64,000 nucleotides of DNA from Nitrosopumilus sp. (GTDB lineage Archaea; Thermoproteota; Nitrososphaeria; Nitrososphaerales; Nitrosopumilaceae), in NCBI GenBank assembly GCA_965205425.1, contig CBDBGZ010000009.1:1-64000 (forward strand). Reading direction: 5' to 3'. How positions within the stretch are numbered: position 1 is the first letter of the stretch; every line of letters begins with the position of its first letter. This document shows, one piece after another, positions 59,062 through 64,000 of this stretch. The notes under the pieces are model-generated. The model had not been told where the DNA came from. It saw nothing but the letters and a program-made list of their open reading frames with translations, and did no database searches. A program made the translations under genes and the position numbers.

Positions 59062-59460
59062 AATTTGAAACCATAAAATCCTAAATTTTGATTGATGTTA
59101 ATTGGAGATATGTGGTCTATTTTTGAATTTAAAAATTAAAAAGATTAAGAACCATTTTTCAGGTCCCTAATCATAATTACCATCGGGTAATCGACTATCA
59201 ACATAATTTACATTCTAAATATAATTAAAAGTTGTTTTTGTCTTAGACTTGTTTATAATTTACAGATTGTTCTGAACCAAGCTTTTCAAACAATCTAGAA
59301 TATTTATTCAAAAACATTTTTTGGAAGAATATGTCATCTTGACTCATGTTACTTGATACTTTTTGAAATATATAAAATAATCTTATCCATTGTATCTTGA
59401 TTTAGATGTCCTCTTTCTTCTTGAATCTCATATAAAACATCAATCATCAAATCCTCATTA

Positions 59461-60502
59461 TATCTTTTCCGGAAATTATTTCACCCCTTAACTAGGAGAG
59501 CATCATTCCCATACTATCGTATGCGTGGGTATCGTGGCATACCTATGGTAAAGTTAGATGAGAATAAGATCAGGTGGATTATACAATCTAAAAATGAAAA
59601 AGTCAAGAATTTAGATATTTCAGTAATCCTCAAGATAACGCCTAGAAGAGTACAACAAGTCTACTCTCAGTACAAAAAAACCAAAAAGATTCCCACACTC
59701 AAAAGACCAGGGCGTCCAAAAAAGCCAGTCACTGTACACGAGATAGAGCTAGTCAAACAAGTTCAAGAAAAATTTCATACAAACGCACTATACCTTGAGA
59801 AAATCATATCAAAATTGTACAATACCAAGATAAACCACAATCGCATCCACAAGATTATGCTAGATGAAGGATTATCAGTTGAGCAACCACGGAAAAAGAT
59901 GAGAAGAAAGTGGATCAGGTATGAACGTGAATATTCAAATTCACTGTGGCATACTGACTGGCACACAATACATGATTCACGCTGGGCAGGAAAACAACTA
60001 ATTGCATTTGAAGATGATGCCTCACGATTTATCACGGGTTTCGGAGTGTATGATGAGGCAACATCTGTGAATTCTTCTGAAGTACTATCTGATGCAATAA
60101 AGAATCACGGTAGACCAGCATCTGTACTATCTGATAATGGAAAACAGTTCACATCAAATGTCAATACTCTTGATCATAACAAGCCAGTAGACTTTGAGCA
60201 GCAACTAATGAGACATCACGTAAAGCACTCTCGTACAAGAGTGAGACATCCACAAACAAATGGTAAGCTAGAAAAGTTCTGGGATATCTTTGAGTGTAAA
60301 ATAGAATACTTTGAGTCAGTGGAGCAGTTTATGCATTGGTACAATCACATTAGAGTTCATGGCGCACTAGACTTGGATAACATGGAGACACCATCTGATG
60401 CGTATCACTCCAAGATGATAACAAACGAAATACTCATAGACCCAAGCATTCTATGGAGGAATTACTCATGAAAGTGACACGAAATAATTTCTGGAAAGAA
60501 CA
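59461..60502 (+). mobile_element. IS481-family element with a 15-bp TSD
   Basis: TIR TATCTTTTCCGGAAATTATTTC / GAAATAATTTCTGGAAAGAACA; TSD ATCAAATCCTCATTA (59446-59460 and 60503-60517). Confidence 0.9.
59521..60471 (+). CDS. IS481-family transposase (rve integrase core)
   Basis: WHTDW, DDASR, SDNGKQF, HPQTNGKLEKF, YNHIRVH. Confidence 0.92.
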   Translation: MRGYRGIPMVKLDENKIRWIIQSKNEKVKNLDISVILKITPRRVQQVYSQYKKTKKIPTLKRPGRPKKPVTVHEIELVKQVQEKFHTNALYLEKIISKLYNTKINHNRIHKIMLDEGLSVEQPRKKMRRKWIRYEREYSNSLWHTDWHTIHDSRWAGKQLIAFEDDASRFITGFGVYDEATSVNSSEVLSDAIKNHGRPASVLSDNGKQFTSNVNTLDHNKPVDFEQQLMRHHVKHSRTRVRHPQTNGKLEKFWDIFECKIEYFESVEQFMHWYNHIRVHGALDLDNMETPSDAYHSKMITNEILIDPSILWRNYS

Positions 60503-60894
60503 ATCAAATCCTCATTAAAAGGCTCAAAATCTAGGTATTCTTGGTAATGATCATTGTTGTTTACAACATTATTAAATGCATAATATGTGCTCAATTTTGT
60601 AACGCAGCCAACGTTTTCAACATGGCCTTTTGTAACGCCGCTTTCTATCCATTCACCTGTTGTTGTGATTAGCCAACCTGTTGAAACTGCAATGTTGACA
60701 CATTGATTTCTATCAACGTACAAATCTGGAGAATCCAATGTGTATCTGATGCCATCAACAGGTGAGGATCTGCTTGATTGAGATAATGCATAGCAGTGGG
60801 GATCATCACATCCCAGTATTCCAAAGGCATCCTGACCAAGTGATGTCACACCCAACGCAAAAATAATTGCAGATAAAATTAAGAGTCTAATCAT
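60503..60894 (-). pseudogene. Secreted protein, 3' end disrupted by the IS481
   Basis: Signal peptide; ORF runs into the IS; frame resumes at 59445 and stops at ~59348. Confidence 0.6.
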
Positions 60895-61874
60895 TATTCC
60901 ATTATGCTGTTAAAAACAGGAATTAGTTCATCCAGTGTGTGGTAATTTGAATGGACGCCTATACTAGTATTTTCATCTGGTAGAAAATAAACTACTGCTT
61001 GATAAGGATTTAGATCATTTCCACCTTCAAATGCCGACACTGTTTTCCCATCACGAGTCATATCACGATAACCGCCATAGTTGCCAGGTTGTTTTTCATC
61101 AATCTCTTTGTGATATTCAATACCATCTTCTACAGAATCAAATGGTAAAGTACTATGTTCTACACGAATTGTAAACCCTTTGGATACTTTTAGGTCATGA
61201 CTGCTCATGCCTTGATTCAAAACAAATGACATTGGAACAAACTGGTAAATTGCTTCATGACTCTCATATGTTCTTTCATTTACCTCAAAAGCGAGATAGT
61301 TGGTATCTGCGTATAGCAACTTTTGACCGTCTGGAATGTGTGTTGGCATCCAGTCTTCTAGATATAGTCCAACTTTGTGATTTAGAGAATATTTCTCGTG
61401 TGTAGTTGTTTGCATACCTAATACTCCGCTAGGTCCTGGAACTATCAAACCTGTGGTACTGTTTATGATTTTATCATATATGGGCCATGGTGCAGGTACT
61501 CGTTGCAGGGTGGAGGTTTTTACTTTTCGTCCATCATCTACAAACTCTGTATCAGATGTGACACTTAGTGTGATGGTTGTAGATTCTATTGGAGTATCGA
61601 TAGTGTCTTTTTCTGATGGAATCATTTCTGGCATGAATTCTGTCTGTATGATGTTCCAGAGCTTTTTCTCTGCAGTTGATGGTGAGACACAGGCCATTTT
61701 ACCATTATCCCTAATTATCAATATTTTGTCTTCATTACACTGTATATCCTCAGGTAATACTCCTGATTCTAGCTGTTTTTTGGGTGAGAGATATTCGGCA
61801 TGTGCAGGGATTGCAACACTTGTAATCAAGACAACTGCAAATATTGTACCTGCAAGGACTGCGCCTAGTTTCAT
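60894..61874 (-). CDS. Secreted protein with a thaumarchaeal SPKKQ..C..ACV domain
   Basis: Signal peptide; SPKKQLESGV..IQC..MACVSP. Confidence 0.8.
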   Translation of the reverse strand: MKLGAVLAGTIFAVVLITSVAIPAHAEYLSPKKQLESGVLPEDIQCNEDKILIIRDNGKMACVSPSTAEKKLWNIIQTEFMPEMIPSEKDTIDTPIESTTITLSVTSDTEFVDDGRKVKTSTLQRVPAPWPIYDKIINSTTGLIVPGPSGVLGMQTTTHEKYSLNHKVGLYLEDWMPTHIPDGQKLLYADTNYLAFEVNERTYESHEAIYQFVPMSFVLNQGMSSHDLKVSKGFTIRVEHSTLPFDSVEDGIEYHKEIDEKQPGNYGGYRDMTRDGKTVSAFEGGNDLNPYQAVVYFLPDENTSIGVHSNYHTLDELIPVFNSIME

Positions 61875-61947
61875 GTGGCTTTGATATTACCATATCATAA
61901 AAGCATACCTGCTGAATTCTCTGTTGTAACTTTGCACAGGTGACTAA

Positions 61948-62343
61948 TTACGAGTATGTCGCCCTTGGTCTTCTCTTGTCTTTTGTCCTTGACTTTATGA
62001 TTATGGTACCAGCTCTGCAGTCAATGTCTAGTTCGTCATTTTTTTGCAGGTGCAATTCCCTTACGATGTGAATCGGTATGGTAATCCTTGTGGAATGGTA
62101 TTTTTGATTCTTGTACACTTTGGTTAACCTCTGTCTGATTTTGACTGGAGTGGAATCTTTGAGTTCCTTTTTGTAGAGTCGTATCGTACCAGTTTTTTCT
62201 GATGCCGTAGCGTGCAATACCATGCCGTCTTGTACATGCATATCCTCTGCTGTTCTGTAGGGGATTACAACATTATACGAGTCATGTCTTTGTATGCCAT
62301 AGCTTTCCTTTTTTGTTTTACAGAATACCTGGAGTTTTGGCAT
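61948..62343 (-). CDS. Tandem AbrB/MazE-like DNA-binding protein
   Basis: VVIPYRTAEDMHVQDG and ITIPIHIVRELHLQKNDEL. Confidence 0.7.
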   Translation of the reverse strand: MPKLQVFCKTKKESYGIQRHDSYNVVIPYRTAEDMHVQDGMVLHATASEKTGTIRLYKKELKDSTPVKIRQRLTKVYKNQKYHSTRITIPIHIVRELHLQKNDELDIDCRAGTIIIKSRTKDKRRPRATYS

Positions 62344-62417
62344 ACATTATATCAAGTAAAAATTGGATTTAAAGGAGGAAAAATATGCTGTTTGGTTTTA
62401 GATTTGTATATACTGAG

Positions 62418-62801
62418 TTATTTGTTCATAGATTTTTTACCAAATACAACATAGAGATCTTTGAGATTTAATGGGTCTTGTAATATGTTACGTTTGCTTA
62501 TTCTTACAAATGTATGTAATTTGTTTTTTGTATCCAGTCTGATTCTGTTATCTTCTGTAATGTCAACTGCAGTAAATTTTGGATCAAGATCTTTGTTTGC
62601 TTTGAATATTCTATCATGTTCTTTGTAATTATCAATTGTCTTTTCAAATTTAGATCCTTTGACTATGCGAACTATATCTTCTATCACAGATACATTTACA
62701 AGATTTTTCTCTAAAAATCCCCTGTTTGTTTCAACTAATGAGTCCAATTCTAACAATGCATCAATGCTTAATTTTTTATAATATTCATCAAATCCCAACA
62801 T
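62418..62801 (-). CDS. Hypothetical protein or fragment (possibly DUF4868/KwaB-like C-terminus)
   Basis: ORF; weak remembered resemblance only. Confidence 0.35.
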   Translation of the reverse strand: MLGFDEYYKKLSIDALLELDSLVETNRGFLEKNLVNVSVIEDIVRIVKGSKFEKTIDNYKEHDRIFKANKDLDPKFTAVDITEDNRIRLDTKNKLHTFVRISKRNILQDPLNLKDLYVVFGKKSMNK

Positions 62802-63005
62802 CTTTTTGATGATTTTTTACAAATTCGTTTGGGATTATTATGTCGCCTTTGTTGAATTTTTCAAAGGTTTTTGCCATCCTAGGCGTGATTTTAGCAGAAT
62901 ATTTCTTGTTTTTCTCATAGTTGGAAATAATTTCATATCGTGAACTTCCACCCGCCATAAATAAAAAAAGATGTGAGGTTATTTAAGATTGGCAAAAATG
63001 GTGAG

Positions 63006-64000
63006 TCACTCTGTGGAATCAGGCCACATCATTTTACGCATTTCTTTACCAACTTTTTCAATTTGGTGTTCATCATATTCTTTCATGTATTTGTCAAATG
63101 CATCTTTGCCGTTTTTCTGATATTCAGAAATCCACTCGCTGTTGAATGTACCATCTTGAATCATGGTAAGAACTTTTTTCATGTTTGCTTTACTTGCAGC
63201 ATCCATGACCATTGGTCCACGAGTTAATCCACCATATCTTGCAGTTTCACTAACACGTCTCCACATTCCATTGATTCCATATCTCTGAATCATATCTACA
63301 ATGAGTTTGAGTTCATGTAAAACTTCAAAGTATGCAATTTCAGGCTGATATCCTGCTTCAACAAGAGTTTCAAATGCATTTGTAACCATAGAAGCTGCTC
63401 CACCACAAAGGTCTGCTTGTTCACCAAACCAATCAGTTTCTACTTCTTCTTTGAATTCAGTTTTGATTAATCCAGCTCTTGCACTTCCAATACCCTTTGC
63501 AATTCCCAATGTTCTATCCCAGGCTTTTCCGGTAAAATCTTGTTCAACTGCAATAATTGCAGGAGTACCAAAATTATCAAGATAGGTTTCTCTAACTTTG
63601 GAACCAGGTCCTTTTGGTGCAATCATGATTAAATCAACATTGCTTGGTGCTTCAATCCATTTCCAATAGATTGCAGCTGCATGAGAAAATGACAATGCTT
63701 TTCCTTCTGAAAGATTTGGTCCGATTTCATCTTTGTATACTTGACCTTGAATCATGTCAGGAATCAATATGTGAACAATGTCTGCTTGTTTTGTTGCATC
63801 TGCAACAGACATTACTTTGTGACCATCAGCTTCTGCCTTTTTCCAGCTATTACCGCCTTCTTTAAGACCAATTATCACATTAAGACCAGAGTCTTTCATG
63901 TTGTTTGCTTGTGCATCACCTTGAATTCCGTAACCAATTACAGCAATTGTTTGATCTTTAATTGGATCAAGACTGATATCGGTATCTTTCCATGTTTTTG
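63006..64000 (-). CDS. ilvC: Ketol-acid reductoisomerase (5' end beyond window)
   Basis: IAVIGYGIQG upstream in frame; APKGPG, ETDWFGEQADLCGG, AYFEVLHE, SETARYG. Confidence 0.97.
   Translation of the reverse strand, partial: KTWKDTDISLDPIKDQTIAVIGYGIQGDAQANNMKDSGLNVIIGLKEGGNSWKKAEADGHKVMSVADATKQADIVHILIPDMIQGQVYKDEIGPNLSEGKALSFSHAAAIYWKWIEAPSNVDLIMIAPKGPGSKVRETYLDNFGTPAIIAVEQDFTGKAWDRTLGIAKGIGSARAGLIKTEFKEEVETDWFGEQADLCGGAASMVTNAFETLVEAGYQPEIAYFEVLHELKLIVDMIQRYGINGMWRRVSETARYGGLTRGPMVMDAASKANMKKVLTMIQDGTFNSEWISEYQKNGKDAFDKYMKEYDEHQIEKVGKEMRKMMWPDSTE

Noticed and set aside
1..64000. rRNA, tRNA, CRISPR arrays and the many short antisense ORFs in the track
   Set aside because: No cloverleaf, rRNA-like or repeat-spacer pattern seen by eye; the short opposite-strand ORFs shadow well-supported genes

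Overview
AT-rich archaeal DNA whose housekeeping genes and surface-protein domains point to an ammonia-oxidising Nitrosopumilaceae (Nitrososphaerota) host; this is an inference from protein families. Positions 576-28380 form a nested mobile island with four parts. (1) A 5.9-kb IS6-like transposon with 67-bp TIRs and an 8-bp TSD carries a type III restriction-modification system. (2) A 6.3-kb IS6-like transposon with bipartite ends carries a MORC/GHKL-histidine kinase, a receiver-HEPN-like protein and a C5 DNA methyltransferase. (3) A ~12.6-kb provirus encodes an apparent STIV-like double jelly-roll major capsid protein, an A32/FtsK-like packaging ATPase, penton/spike-like and membrane proteins, and a Dam methylase; its integrase is beheaded by transposon 2. 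(4) A plasmid-like integrated element (RHH, rolling-circle Rep, tyrosine integrase) has its rep gene cut off at the provirus border. The rest is host DNA: hemLC-cobA-hemD, ars genes, sbtAB, pit, an ABC transporter, surface proteins and ilvC. It is peppered with IS elements, including an IS66 holding a MITE, an IS630 and an IS110, an IS4/IS5-type element, an ISH3-like MITE and an IS481 with a 15-bp TSD. No rRNA, tRNA or CRISPR array was seen. Family assignments come from motif reading, not database searches.
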